DNA of 64,000 nucleotides from Eledone cirrhosa. Taxonomy: Eukaryota. A model generated the notes under the pieces. That model was not told the origin of the DNA, did not search any database, and worked only from the letters and a program-made list of their open reading frames with translations. The position numbers and the translations under genes are program-made. Every line of letters starts with the position of its first letter. Positions within the stretch are counted from its first letter, which is position 1. Of the stretch, positions 27,101 to 41,690 are shown one piece after another. The stretch is taken from NCBI GenBank assembly GCA_964016885.1, contig OZ024740.1, positions 39,556,001 to 39,620,000 of the forward strand. The letters run 5' to 3'.

Positions 27101-30100
27101 AGGTGTAATTAGTGTGGTATATTAAAGAGGCGTAATTAGTGTGGTATATTAAAGAGGTGTAATTAGTGTGGTATATTAAAGAGGTGTAATTAGTGTTGTA
27201 TATTAAAGATGTGCAATTAGTGTGGTATATTAAAGAGGTGCAATTAGTGTGGTATATTAAAGAGGTGTAATTAGCATGGTATATTAAAGAGGTGTAATTA
27301 GTGTGGTACATTAAAGAGGTCCAATTAGTGTGCTACATTAAAGAATTTTAATTAGGGTAGTTCATTAAAAAGTGTAGTTAGTGTGGTATATTAAAGAGGT
27401 GTAATTAGTGTGGTATATTAAAGAGGTTTAATTAGTGTGGTATATTAAAGAGGTGCAATTAGTGTGATATATTAAAGAGGTGTAATTAGTGTGGTATATT
27501 AAAGAGGTGTAATTAGTGTGGTACATTAAAGAGGTGTAATTAGGGTGGTACATTAAAGAGATGTAATTAGGGTGGTAAGTTAAAGAGGTGTAATTAGGGT
27601 GGTTCATTAAAAAGTGTAGTTAGTGTGGTATATTAAAGAGGTGTAGTTAGTGTAGTATATTAAAGAGGTGTAATTAGTGTCGTATATTAAAGAGGTGCAA
27701 TTAGTGTGACATATTAAAGAGGTCTAATTAGTGTGGCATATTAAAGAGGTGCAATTAGTGTGATATATTAAATAGGTGCAATTAGTGTGGTATATTAAAG
27801 AAGTGTAATTAGTGTGGTAGATTAAAGCGGTGCAATTAGTGTGGTATATTAAAGAGGTGTAATTAGTGTTGTACATAAAAAGAGTTGTAATTAGTGTGGT
27901 ATATTAAAGAGGTGCAATTAGTGTGGTATATTAAAGAGGTGTAGTTAGTGTGGTACATTAAAGAAGTGCAATTACTGTGGTATATTAAAGAGGTGTAGTT
28001 AGTCTGGTACATTAAAGAGGTGTAATTAGTGTGGTTTATTAAAGAATTGTAGTTAGTGTGGTATATTAAAGAGGTGCAATTAGTGTGGTACATTAAAGAG
28101 GTTTAATTAGGGTGGTATATTAAAGAGGTGTAATTAGTGTGGTACATTAAAGAGGTGTAATTAGGGTGGTACATTAAAGAGGTGTAATTAGTGTGGTATA
28201 TTAAAGAGGTGTAATTAGTGTGGTACATTAAAGAGGTGTAATTAGGGTGGTACATTAAAGAGGTGTAATTAGTGTGGTATATTAAAGAGGTGTAATTAGT
28301 GTGGTACATTAAAGAAGTGTAATTAGTGTGGTATATTAAAGAGGTGCAATTAGTGTGGTATATTAAAAAGGTGCAATTAGTGTGGTATATTAAAGAGGTG
28401 CAATTAGTGTGGTATATTAAAGTGGTGTAATTAGTGTGGTATATTAAAGAGGTGTACTTAGTATGGTATATTAAAGAGGTGTAATTAGTGTGGTACATTA
28501 AAGAGGTCCAATTAGTGTGGTATATTAAAGAGGTGCAATTAGTGTGATATATTAAAGAGGTGTAATTAGTGTGGTATATTAAAAGTGGTGTAATTAGTGT
28601 GGTATATTAAAGAGTTGTATTTAGTGTGGTATATTAAAGAGTTGTAATTAGTGAGATATATTAAAGGGGTGTAATTAGTGTGGTATATTAAAGAGGTGTC
28701 GTTAGTGTGGTATATTAAAGAGGTGCAATTAGTGTGGTATACTAAAGAGGTGTAGTTACTGTGGTACATTAAAGAATTGTAATTACTGTGGTATATTAAA
28801 GAGGTGCAATTAGTGTGGTATATTAAAGAGGTGTAATTAGTGTGGTACATTAAAGAGGTGTCATTAGTGTGGTATATTAAAGAGGTGTAATTAGGGTGGT
28901 ACATTAAAGAAGTGTAGTTAGTGTGGTATATTAAAGAGGTGAAATTAGTGTGGTATATTAAAGAGGTGCAATTAGTGTGGTATATTAAAGAGGTGTAATT
29001 AGTGTGGTACATTAAAGAGGTGTAATTAGTGTGGTATATTAAAGAGATGCAATTAGTGTGGTATATTAAAGAGGTGCAATTAGTGTGGTATATTAAAAAG
29101 GTGTAATTAGTGTGGTACATTAAAGAGGTGTAATTAGTGTGATACATTAAAGAGGTGTAATTAGTGTGGTATATTAAAGAGGTGTAATTAGTGTGGTATA
29201 TTAAAGAGGTGTAATTAGTGTGGTATATTAAAGAGGTGTAATTAGTGTTGTATATTAAAGAGGTGCAATTAGTGTGGTATATTAAAGAGGTGCAATTAGT
29301 GTGGTATATTAAAGAGGTGTAATTAGCATGGTATATTAAAGAGGTGTAATTAGTGTGGTACATTAAAGAGGTCCAATTAGTGTGCTACATTAAAGAATTT
29401 TAATTAGGGTAGTTCATTAAAAAGTGTAGTTAGTGTGGTATATTAAAGAGGTGTAATTAGTGTGGTATATTAAAGAGGTTTAATTAGTGTGGTATATTAA
29501 AGAGGTGCAATTAGTGTGATATATTAAAGAGGTGTAATTAGTGTGGTATATTAAAGAGGTGTAATTAGTGTGGTACATTAAAGAGGTGTAATTAGGGTGG
29601 TACATTAAAGAGATGTAATTAGGGTGGTAAGTTAAAGAGGTGTAATTAGGGTGGTTCATTAAAAAGTGTAGTTAGTGTGGTATATTAAAGAGGTGTAGTT
29701 AGTGTAGTATATTAAAGAGGTGTAATTAGTGTCGTATATTAAAGAGGTGCAATTAGTGTGACATATTAAAGAGGTCTAATTAGTGTGGCATATTAAAGAG
29801 GTGCAATTAGTGTGATATATTAAATAGGTGCAATTAGTGTGGTATATTAAAGAAGTGTAATTAGTGTGGTAGATTAAAGAGGTGCAATTAGTGTGGTATA
29901 TTAAAGAGGTGTAATTAGTGTTGTACATAAAAAGAGTTGTAATTAGTGTGGTATATTAAAGAGGTGCAATTAGTGTGGTATATTAAAGAGGTGTAGTTAG
30001 TGTGGTACATTAAAGAAGTGCAATTACTGTGGTATATTAAAGAGGTGTAGTTAGTCTGGTACATTAAAGAGGTGTAATTAGTGTGGTTTATTAAAGAATT

Positions 30101-31000
30101 GTAGTTAGTGTGGTATATTAAAGAGGTGTAGTTAGTATGGTATATTAAAGAGGTGTAATAAGTGTGGTATATTAAAGAGGTGTAGCTAGTGTGGTATATT
30201 AAAGAGGTGTAATTTGCGTGGTACATTAAAGAGGTGTAATTAGTGTGGTATATTAAAGAGGTGTAATTAGTGTGGTACATTAAAGAGGTGTAATTAGGGT
30301 GGTACATTAAAGAGGTGTAATTAGTGTGGTATATTAAAGAGGTGTAATTAGTGTGGTACATTAAAGAAGTGTAATTAGTGTGGTATATTAAAGAGGTGCA
30401 ATTAGTGTGGTATATTAAAAAGGTGCAATTAGTGTGGTAAATTAAAGAGGTGCAATTAGTGTGGTATATTAAAGAGGTGTAATTAGTGTGGTACATTAAA
30501 GAGGTGTAATTAGGGTGGTACATTAAAGAAGTGTAGTTAGTGTGGTATATTAAAGAGGTGCAATTAGTGTGGTATATTAAAGAGGTGTAATTAGTATGGT
30601 ATATTAAAGAGGTGTAATTAGTGTGGTACATTAAAGAGGTCCAATTAGTGTGCTACATTAAAGAGGTGTAATTAGGGTGGTTCATTAAAAAGTGTAGTTA
30701 GTGTGGTATATTAAAGAGGTGTAGTTACTGTGGTATATTAAAGAGGTGTAATTAGTGTGGTATATTAAAAGTGGTGTAATTAGTGTGGTATATTAAAGAG
30801 TTGTATTTAGTGTGGTATATTAAAGAGTTGTAATTAGTGAGATATATTAAAGGGGTGTAATTAGTGTGGTATATTAAAGAGGTGTCGTTAGTGTGGTATA
30901 TTAAAGAGGTGCAATTAGTGTGGTATATTAAAGAGGTGTAATTAGGGTGGTACATTAAAGAAGTGTAGTTAGTGTAGTATATTAAAGAGGTGAAATTAGT
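24150..31000. repeat. Domain of imperfect 1.3-2.2 kb higher-order units marked by the GAGTTGTATTTAG / GTGAGATA cassette
   Basis: The shared landmark gives ORF ends at 25138, 26433, 28566 and 30752 (spacings 1295, 2133, 2186). 24244/25674 differ by 1430 and 27863/29915 by 2052. Confidence 0.8.
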
Positions 31001-32719
31001 GTGGTATATTAAAGAGGTGCAATTAGTGTGGTATATTAAAGAGGTGTAGTGAGTGTGGTATATTAAAGAGGTGCAATTAGTGTGCTATATTAAAGAGGTG
31101 TAATTAGTGTGGTATATTAAAGAGGTGTAATTAGTGTGGTATATTAAAGAGGTGCAATTACTGTGGTATATTAAAGAGGTGTAGTTAGTCTGGTACATTA
31201 AAGAGGTGTAATTAGTGTGGTATATTAAAGAAGTGTAGTTAGTGTGGTATATTAAAGAGGTGTAGTTAGTATGGTACATTAAAGAGGTGTAATAAGTGTG
31301 GTATATTAAGAGGTGTAGTTAGTGTGGTATATTAAAGAGGTGTAATTAGTGTGGTATATTAAAGAGGTGCAATTAGTGTGGTATATTAAAGAGGTGTAAT
31401 TAGTGTGGTATATTAAAGAGGTTCAATTAGTGTGGTATATTAAAGAGGTGTAGTTAGTGTGGTACATAAAAGAGGTGTAATTAGTGTGGTATATTAAAGA
31501 GGTGCAATTAGTGTGGTATATTAAAGTGGTGTAATTAGTGTGGTACATTAAAGAGGTGTAATTGGGGTGGTACATTAAAGAAGTTTAGTTAGTGTGGTAT
31601 ATTAAAGAGGTGTAGTTTGTGTGGTATATTAAAGAGGTGTAATTAGTGTCGTATATTAAAGAGATGCAATTAGTGTGACATATTAAAGAGGTGTAATTAG
31701 TGTGGTATATTAAAGAGGTGCAATTAGTGTAGTATATTAAAGAGGTGTAGTTAGTGTGGTACATTAAAGAGGTGTAATTAGTGTGGTATATTAAATAGGT
31801 GCAATTAGTTTGGTATATTAAAAAGGTGTAATTAGTGTGGTACATTAAAGAGGTGTAATTAGTGTGATACATTAAAGAGGTGTAATTAGTGTGGTATATT
31901 AAAAAGGTGTAATTAGTGTGGTATATTAAAGAGGTGTAATTAGTGTTGTATATTAAAGAGGTGCAATTAGTGTGGTATATTAAAGAGGTGTAATTAGTAT
32001 GGTATATTAAAGAGGTTTAATTAGTGTGGTACATTAAAGAGGTCCAATTAGTGTGCTACATTAAAGAGGTGTAATTAGGGTGGTTCATTAAAAAGTGTAG
32101 TTAGTGTGTTATATTAAAGAGGTGTAGTTACTGTGGTATATTAAAGAGGTGTAATTAGTGTGGTATATTAAATATGTGCAATTAGTGTGATAAATTAAAG
32201 AGGTATAATTAGTGTGGTATATTAAAGAGGTGCAATTAGTGTGGTATATTAAAGAGCTGCAATTAGTGTGGTATATTAAAAGTGGTGTAATTAGTGTGGT
32301 ATTTTAAAGAGTTGTAATTAGTGTGGTATATTGAAGAGTTGTAATTAGTGAGGTATATTAAAGAGGTGTAATTAGTGTGGTATATTAAAGAGGTGTCGTT
32401 AGTGTGGTATATAGAAGAGGTGCAATTAGTGTGGTATACTAAAGAGGTGTAATTAGTGTGGTATATTAAAGAGGTGCAATTAGTGTGGTATATTAAATAA
32501 GTGCAATTAGTGTGGTATATTGAAGACGTGTAATTAGTGTGGTACATTAAAGAGGTGTAATTAGTGTGGTATATTAAAGAGGTGTAATTAGTGTGGTATA
32601 TTAAAAGGTGCAATTAGTGTGGTATATTGAAGAGGTGTAATTAGTGTGGTACATTAAAGAGATGTAATTAGTTAGGTATATTAAAAAGGTGTAATTAGTG
32701 TGATATATTAAAGAGGTGC

Positions 32720-35700
32720 AATTAGTGTGGTATATTAAAGAGGTGTAATTAGTGTGGTACATTAACTTGGTGCAATTAGTGTGGTATATTAAAGAGGTGT
32801 AATTAGTGTGGTATATTAAAGAGGTACAATTAGTGTGGTATATTAAAGAGGATTAATTAGTGTGGTACATTAAAGAGGTGCAATTAATGTGGTATATTAA
32901 AGAGGTGTAGTTAGTGTAGTACATTAAAGAGGTGTAATTAGTGTGGTAAGTTAAAGAGGTGTAGTTAGTGTGGTACATTAAAGAATTGTAATTACTGTGG
33001 TATATTAAAGAGGTGCAATTAGTGTGGTATATTAAAGAGGTGCAATTAGTGTGGTATATTGAAGAGGTGTAATTAGTGTGGTACATTAAAGAGGTGTAAT
33101 TAGTGTGGTATATTAAAGAGGTGTAATTAGTGTGGTATATTAAAGAGGTGTAGTTAGTGTGGTATATTAAAGAGGTGTAGTTAGTGTGGTATATTAAAGA
33201 GGTGTAATTAGTGTGGTACATTAAAGAGGTTTAATTAGGGTGGTATATTAAAGGTGTGTAATTAGTGTGGTATATTAAAGAGGTGTAATTAGTGTGGTAT
33301 ATTAAAGAGCTATAATTAATGTGATACATTAAAGAGGTGTAATTAGTGTGGTATATTAAAGGGGTGTATTTAGTGTGGTATATTAAAGAGGTGTAATTAG
33401 TGTGGTATATTAAAGAGGTGTAATTAGTGTTGTATATTAAAGAGGTGCAATTAGTGTGGTATATTAAAGAGGTGTAATTAGTGTGGTACATTAAAGAGGT
33501 GTAATTAGTATGGTATATTAAAGAGGTGTAGTTAGTGTGGTATATTAAAGAGGTGTAATTAGTGTGGTATATTAAAGAGGTGCAATTAGTGTGATATATT
33601 AAAGAGGTGCAATTAGTGTGGTATATTAAAGAGGTGCAATTAGTGTGGTATATTAAAGAGGTCTAGTTAGTGTGGTACATTAAAGATGTGTAGTTCGTGT
33701 GGCATATTAAGGAGGTGTAATTATTGTGGTATATTAAAGAGGTGCAATTAGTGTGGTATATTAAATAGGTGCAATTAGTGTGGTACATTAAAGTGATGTA
33801 ATTAGTTAGATATATTAAAGAGGTGTAATTAGTGTGGTATATTAAAGAGGTGCAATTAGTGTGGTATATTAAAGAGGTGTAGTTAGTGTGGTACATTAAA
33901 GAGGTGCAATTACTGTGGTATATTAAAGAGGTGTAGTTAGTCTGGTACATTAAAGAGGTGTAATTAGTGTGGTATATTAAAGAAGTGTAGTTAGTGTGGT
34001 ATATTAAAGAGGTGTATTTAGTATGGTATATTAAAGAGGTGTAATAAGTGTGGTATATTAAGAGGTGTAGTTAGTGTGGTATATTAAAGAGGTGTAATTA
34101 GTGTGGTATATTAAAGAGGTACAATTAGTGTGGTATATTAAAGAGGTGTAATTAGTGTGGTACATTAAAGAGGTGCAATTAGTGTGGTATATTAAAGAGG
34201 TGTAGTTAGTGTAGTACATTAAAGAGGTGTAATTAGTGTGGTAAGTTAAAGAGGTGTAGTTAGTGTGGTACATTAAAGAATTGTAATTACTGTGGTATAT
34301 TAAAGAGGTGCAATTAGTGTGGTATATTAAAGAGGTGCAATTAGTGTGGTATATTGAAGAGGTGTAATTAGTGTGGTACATTAAAGAGGTGTAATTAGTG
34401 TGGTATATTAAAGAGGTGTAATTAGTGTGGTATATTAAAGAGGTGTAGTTAGTGTGGTATATTAAAGAGGTGTAGTTAGTGTGGTATATTAAAGAGGTGT
34501 AATTAGTGTGGTACATTAAAGAGGTTTAATTAGGGTGGTATATTAAAGGTGTGTAATTAGTGTGGTATATTAAAGAGGTGTAATTAGTGTGGTATATTAA
34601 AGAGCTATAATTAATGTGATACATTAAAGAGGTGTAATTAGTGTGGTATATTAAAGGGGTGTATTTAGTGTGGTATATTAAAGAGGTGTAATTAGTGTGG
34701 TATATTAAAGAGGTGTAATTAGTGTTGTATATTAAAGAGGTGCAATTAGTGTGGTATATTAAAGAGGTGTAATTAGTGTGGTACATTAAAGAGGTGTAAT
34801 TAGTATGGTATATTAAAGAGGTGTAGTTAGTGTGGTATATTAAAGAGGTGTAATTAGTGTGTTATATTAAAGAGGTGCAATTAGTGTGATATATTAAAGA
34901 GGTGCAATTAGTGTGGTATATTAAAGAGGTGCAATTAGTGTGGTATATTAAAGAGGTCTAGTTAGTGTGGTACATTAAAGATGTGTAGTTCGTGTGGCAT
35001 ATTAAGGAGGTGTAATTATTGTGGTATATTAAAGAGGTGCAATTAGTGTGGTATATTAAATAGGTGCAATTAGTGTGGTACATTAAAGTGATGTAATTAG
35101 TTAGATATATTAAAGAGGTGTAATTAGTGTGGTATATTAAAGAGGTGCAATTAGTGTGGTATATTAAAGAGGTGTAGTTAGTGTGGTACATTAAAGAGGT
35201 GCAATTACTGTGGTATATTAAAGAGGTGTAGTTAGTCTGGTACATTAAAGAGGTGTAATTAGTGTGGTATATTAAAGAAGTGTAGTTAGTGTGGTATATT
35301 AAAGAGGTGTATTTAGTATGGTATATTAAAGAGGTGTAATAAGTGTGGTATATTAAGAGGTGTAGTTAGTGTGGTATATTAAAGAGGTGTAATTAGTGTG
35401 GTATATTAAAGAGGCGCAATTATTGTGGTATATTAAAGAGGTGTAATTAGTGTGGTATATTAAAGAGGTGTAATTAGTGTGGTACATTAAAGAGGTGTAA
35501 TTGGGGTGGTACATTAAAGAAGTTTAGTTAGTGTGGTATATTAAAGAGGTGTAGTTTGTGTGGTATATTAAAGAGGTGTAATTAGTGTCGTATATTAAAG
35601 AGATGCAATTAGTGTGACATATTAAAGAGGTGTAATTAGTGTGGTATATTAAAGAGGTGCAATTAGTGTAGTATATTAAAGAGGTGTAGTTAGTGTGGTA

Positions 35701-38700
35701 CATTAAAGAGGTGTAATTAGTGTGGTATATTATATAGGTGCAATTAGTGTGGTATATTAAAAATGTGTAATTAGTGTGGTACATTAAAGAGGTGTAATTA
35801 GTGTGATACATTAAAGAGGTGTAATTAGTGTGGTATATTAAAAAGGTGTAATTAGTGTGGTATATTAAAGAGGTGTAATTAGTGTTGTATATTAAAGAGG
35901 TGCAATTAGTGTGGTTTATTAAAGTGGTGTAATTAGTATGGTATATTAAAGAGGTTTAATTAGTGTGGTACATTAAAGAGGTCCAATTAGTGTGCTACAT
36001 TAAAGAGGTGTAATTAGGGTGGTTCATTAAAAAGTGTAGTTAGTGTGTTATATTAAAGAGGTGTAGTTACTGTGGTATATTAAAGAGGTGTAATTAGTGT
36101 GGTATATTAAATATGTGCAATTAGTGTGATAAATTAAAGAGGTATAATTAGTGTGGTATTTTAAAGAGGTGCAATTAGTGTGGTATATTAAAGAGCTGCA
36201 ATTAGTGTGGTATATTAAAAGTGGTGTAATTAGTGTGGCATTTTAAAGAGTTGTAATTAGTGTGGTATATTGAAGAGTTGTAATTAGTGAGGTATATTAA
36301 AGAGGTGTAATTAGTGTGGTATATTAAAGAGGTGTCGTTAGTGTGGTATATTAAAGAGGTGCAATTAGTGTGGTATACTAAAGAGGTGTAATTAGTGTGG
36401 TATATTAAAGAGGTGCAATTAGTGTGGTATATTAAATAAGTGCAATTAGTGTGGTATATTGAAGACGTGTAATTAGTGTGGTACATTAAAGTGGTGTAAT
36501 TAGTGTGGTATATTAAAGAGGTGTAATTAGTGTGGTATATTAAAAAGGTGTAATTAGTGTGATATATTAAAGAGGTGCAATTAGTGTGGTATATTAAAGA
36601 GGTGTAATTAGTGTGGTACATTAAAGAGGTGCAATTAGTGTGATATATTAAAGAGGTGTAGTTAGTGTAGTACATTAAAGAGGTGTAATTAGTGTGGTAT
36701 GTTAAAGAGGTGTAGTTAGTGTGGTACATTAAATAATTGTAATTACTGTGGTATATTAAAGAGGTGCAATTAGTGTGGTATATTAGAGAGGTGCAATTCG
36801 TGTGGTATATTGAAGAGGTGTAATTAGTGTGGTACATTAAAGAGGTGTAATTAGTGTGGTATATTAAAGAGGTGTAATTAGTGTGGTATATTAAAGAGGT
36901 GTAGTTAGTGTGGTATATTAAAGAGGTGTAGTTAGTGTGGTATATTAAAGATGTGTAATTAGTGTGGTACATTAAAGAGGTTTAATTAGGGTGGTATATT
37001 AAAGGTGTGTAATTAGTGTGGTATATTAAAGAGGTGTAATTAGTGTGGTATATTAAAGAGCTGTAATTAATGTGATACATTAAAGAGGTGTAATTAGTGT
37101 GGTATATTAAAAGGGGTGTATTTAGTGTGGTATATTAAAGAGGTGTAATTAGTTTGGTATATTAAAGAGGTGTAATTAGTGTTGTATATTAAAGAGGTGC
37201 AATTAGTGTGGTATATTAAAGAGGTGTAATTAGTGTGGTACATTAACTTGGTGCAATTAGTGTGGTATATTAAAGAGGTGTAATTAGTGTGGTATATTAA
37301 AGAGGTACAATTAGTGTGGTATATTAAAGAGGTGTAATTAGTGTGGTACATTAAAGAGGTGCAATTAATGTGGTATATTAAAGAGGTGTAGTTAGTGTAG
37401 TACATTAAAGAGGTGTAATTAGTGTGGTAAGTTAAAGAGGTGTAGTTAGTGTGGTACATTAAAGAATTGTAATTACTGTGGTATATTAAAGAGGTGCAAT
37501 TAGTGTGGTATATTAAAGAGGTGCAATTAGTGTGGTATATTGAAGAGGTGTAATTAGTGTGGTACATTAAAGAGGTGTAATTAGTGTGGTATATTAAAGA
37601 GGTGTAATTAGTGTGGTATATTAAAGAGGTGTAGTTAGTGTGGTATATTAAAGAGGTGTAGTTAGTGTGGTATATTAAAGAGGTGTAATTAGTGTGGTAC
37701 ATTAAAGAGGTTTAATTAGGGTGGTATATTAAAGGTGTGTAATTAGTGTGGTATATTAAAGAGGTGTAATTAGTGTGGTATATTAAAGAGCTATAATTAA
37801 TGTGATACATTAAAGAGGTGTAATTAGTGTGGTATATTAAAGGGGTGTATTTAGTGTGGTATATTAAAGAGGTGTAATTAGTGTGGTATATTAAAGAGGT
37901 GTAATTAGTGTTGTATATTAAAGAGGTGCAATTAGTGTGGTATATTAAAGAGGTGTAATTAGTGTGGTACATTAAAGAGGTGTAATTAGTATGGTATATT
38001 AAAGAGGTGTAGTTAGTGTGGTATATTAAAGAGGTGTAATTAGTGTGGTATATTAAAGAGGTGCAATTAGTGTGATATATTAAAGAGGTGCAATTAGTGT
38101 GGTATATTAAAGAGGTGCAATTAGTGTGGTATATTAAAGAGGTCTAGTTAGTGTGGTACATTAAAGATGTGTAGTTCGTGTGGCATATTAAGGAGGTGTA
38201 ATTATTGTGGTATATTAAAGAGGTGCAATTAGTGTGGTATATTAAATAGGTGCAATTAGTGTGGTACATTAAAGTGATGTAATTAGTTAGATATATTAAA
38301 GAGGTGTAATTAGTGTGGTATATTAAAGAGGTGCAATTAGTGTGGTATATTAAAGAGGTGTAGTTAGTGTGGTACATTAAAGAGGTGCAATTACTGTGGT
38401 ATATTAAAGAGGTGTAGTTAGTCTGGTACATTAAAGAGGTGTAATTAGTGTGGTATATTAAAGAAGTGTAGTTAGTGTGGTATATTAAAGAGGTGTATTT
38501 AGTATGGTATATTAAAGAGGTGTAATAAGTGTGGTATATTAAGAGGTGTAGTTAGTGTGGTATATTAAAGAGGTGTAATTAGTGTGGTATATTAAAGAGG
38601 TACAATTAGTGTGGTATATTAAAGAGGTGTAATTAGTGTGGTACATTAAAGAGGTGCAATTAGTGTGGTATATTAAAGAGGTGTAGTTAGTGTAGTACAT

Positions 38701-41690
38701 TAAAGAGGTGTAATTAGTGTGGTAAGTTAAAGAGGTGTAGTTAGTGTGGTACATTAAAGAATTGTAATTACTGTGGTATATTAAAGAGGTGCAATTAGTG
38801 TGGTATATTAAAGAGGTGCAATTAGTGTGGTATATTGAAGAGGTGTAATTAGTGTGGTACATTAAAGAGGTGTAATTAGTGTGGTATATTAAAGAGGTGT
38901 AATTAGTGTGGTATATTAAAGAGGTGTAGTTAGTGTGGTATATTAAAGAGGTGTAGTTAGTGTGGTATATTAAAGAGGTGTAATTAGTGTGGTACATTAA
39001 AGAGGTTTAATTAGGGTGGTATATTAAAGGTGTGTAATTAGTGTGGTATATTAAAGAGGTGTAATTAGTGTGGTATATTAAAGAGCTATAATTAATGTGA
39101 TACATTAAAGAGGTGTAATTAGTGTGGTATATTAAAGGGGTGTATTTAGTGTGGTATATTAAAGAGGTGTAATTAGTGTGGTATATTAAAGAGGTGTAAT
39201 TAGTGTTGTATATTAAAGAGGTGCAATTAGTGTGGTATATTAAAGAGGTGTAATTAGTGTGGTACATTAAAGAGGTGTAATTAGTATGGTATATTAAAGA
39301 GGTGTAGTTAGTGTGGTATATTAAAGAGGTGTAATTAGTGTGTTATATTAAAGAGGTGCAATTAGTGTGATATATTAAAGAGGTGCAATTAGTGTGGTAT
39401 ATTAAAGAGGTGCAATTAGTGTGGTATATTAAAGAGGTCTAGTTAGTGTGGTACATTAAAGATGTGTAGTTCGTGTGGCATATTAAGGAGGTGTAATTAT
39501 TGTGGTATATTAAAGAGGTGCAATTAGTGTGGTATATTAAATAGGTGCAATTAGTGTGGTACATTAAAGTGATGTAATTAGTTAGATATATTAAAGAGGT
39601 GTAATTAGTGTGGTATATTAAAGAGGTGCAATTAGTGTGGTATATTAAAGAGGTGTAGTTAGTGTGGTACATTAAAGAGGTGCAATTACTGTGGTATATT
39701 AAAGAGGTGTAGTTAGTCTGGTACATTAAAGAGGTGTAATTAGTGTGGTATATTAAAGAAGTGTAGTTAGTGTGGTATATTAAAGAGGTGTATTTAGTAT
39801 GGTATATTAAAGAGGTGTAATAAGTGTGGTATATTAAGAGGTGTAGTTAGTGTGGTATATTAAAGAGGTGTAATTAGTGTGGTATATTAAAGAGGTGCAA
39901 TTATTGTGGTATATTAAAGAGGTGTAATTAGTGTGGTATATTAAAGAGGTGTAATTAGTGTGGTACATTAAAGAGGTGTAATTGGGGTGGTACATTAAAG
40001 AAGTTTAGTTAGTGTGGTATATTAAAGAGGTGTAGTTTGTGTTGTATATTAAAGAGGTGTAATTAGTGTCGTATATTAAAGAGATGCAATTAGTGTGACA
40101 TATTAAAGAGGTGTAATTAGTGTGGTATATTAAAGAGGTGCAATTAGTGTAGTATATTAAAGAGGTGTAGTTAGTGTGGTACATTAAAGAGGTGTAATTA
40201 GTGTGGTATATTATATAGGTGCAATTAGTGTGGTATATTAAAAATGTGTAATTAGTGTGGTACATTAAAGAGGTGTAATTAGTGTGATACATTAAAGAGG
40301 TGTAATTAGTGTGGTATATTAAAAAGGTGTAATTAGTGTGGTATATTAAAGAGGTGTAATTAGTGTTGTATATTAAAGAGGTGCAATTAGTGTGGTTTAT
40401 TAAAGTGGTGTAATTAGTATGGTATATTAAAGAGGTTTAATTAGTGTGGTACATTAAAGAGGTCCAATTAGTGTGCTACATTAAAGAGGTGTAATTAGGG
40501 TGGTTCATTAAAAAGTGTAGTTAGTGTGTTATATTAAAGAGGTGTAGTTACTGTGGTATATTAAAGAGGTGTAATTAGTGTGGTATATTAAATATGTGCA
40601 ATTAGTGTGATAAATTAAAGAGGTATAATTAGTGTGGTATTTTAAAGAGGTGCAATTAGTGTGGTATATTAAAGAGCTGCAATTAGTGTGGTATATTAAA
40701 AGTGGTGTAATTAGTGTGGCATTTTAAAGAGTTGTAATTAGTGTGGTATATTGAAGAGTTGTAATTAGTGAGGTATATTAAAGAGGTGTAATTAGTGTGG
40801 TATATTAAAGAGGTGTCGTTAGTGTGGTATATTAAAGAGGTGCAATTAGTGTGGTATACTAAAGAGGTGTAATTAGTGTGGTATATTAAAGAGGTGCAAT
40901 TAGTGTGGTATATTAAATAAGTGCAATTAGTGTGGTATATTGAAGACGTGTAATTAGTGTGGTACATTAAAGTGGTGTAATTAGTGTGGTATATTAAAGA
41001 GGTGTAATTAGTGTGGTATATTAAAAAGGTGTAATTAGTGTGATATATTAAAGAGGTGCAATTAGTGTGGTATATTAAAGAGGTGTAATTAGTGTGGTAC
41101 ATTAAAGAGGTGCAATTACTGTGATATATTAAAGAGGTGTAGTTAGTGTAGTACATTAAAGAGGTGTAATTAGTGTGGTATGTTAAAGAGGTGTAGTTAG
41201 TGTGGTACATTAAATAATTGTAATTACTGTGGTATATTAAAGAGGTGCAATTAGTGTGGTATATTAGAGAGGTGCAATTCGTGTGGTATATTGAAGAGGT
41301 GTAATTAGTGTGGTACATTAAAGAGGTGTAATTAGTGTGGTATATTAAAGAGGTGTAATTAGTGTGGTATATTAAAGAGGTGTAGTTAGTGTGGTATATT
41401 AAAGAGGTGTAGTTAGTGTGGTATATTAAAGATGTGTAATTAGTGTGGTACATTAAAGAGGTTTAATTAGGGTGGTATATTAAAGGTGTGTAATTAGTGT
41501 GGTATATTAAAGAGGTGTAATTAGTGTGGTATATTAAAGAGCTGTAATTAATGTGATACATTAAAGAGGTGTAATTAGTGTGGTATATTAAAAGGGGTGT
41601 ATTTAGTGTGGTATATTAAAGAGGTGTAATTAGTTTGGTATATTAAAGAGGTGTAATTAGTGTTGTATATTAAAGAGGTGCAATTAGTGT
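32720..41690. repeat. Higher-order tandem duplication, period 4481 bp (166 monomers -1 bp)
   Basis: Rare ATTAACTTGG at 32761/37242. ORF starts 33231/37712, 33663/38144, 34058/38539, 34526/39007, 35524/40005 and 36202/40683 all differ by 4481. A few point differences, e.g. GAGGCGC at 35411 vs GAGGTGC at 39892. Confidence 0.95.
32775..35410. repeat. 1295-bp (48 monomers -1 bp) tandem duplication nested in the 4481-bp unit
   Basis: ORFs 33231/34526 and 33663/34958 translate identically and differ by 1295. Each unit carries the 1-bp deletion ATTAAGAGG. Repeated at 37712/39007. Confidence 0.92.
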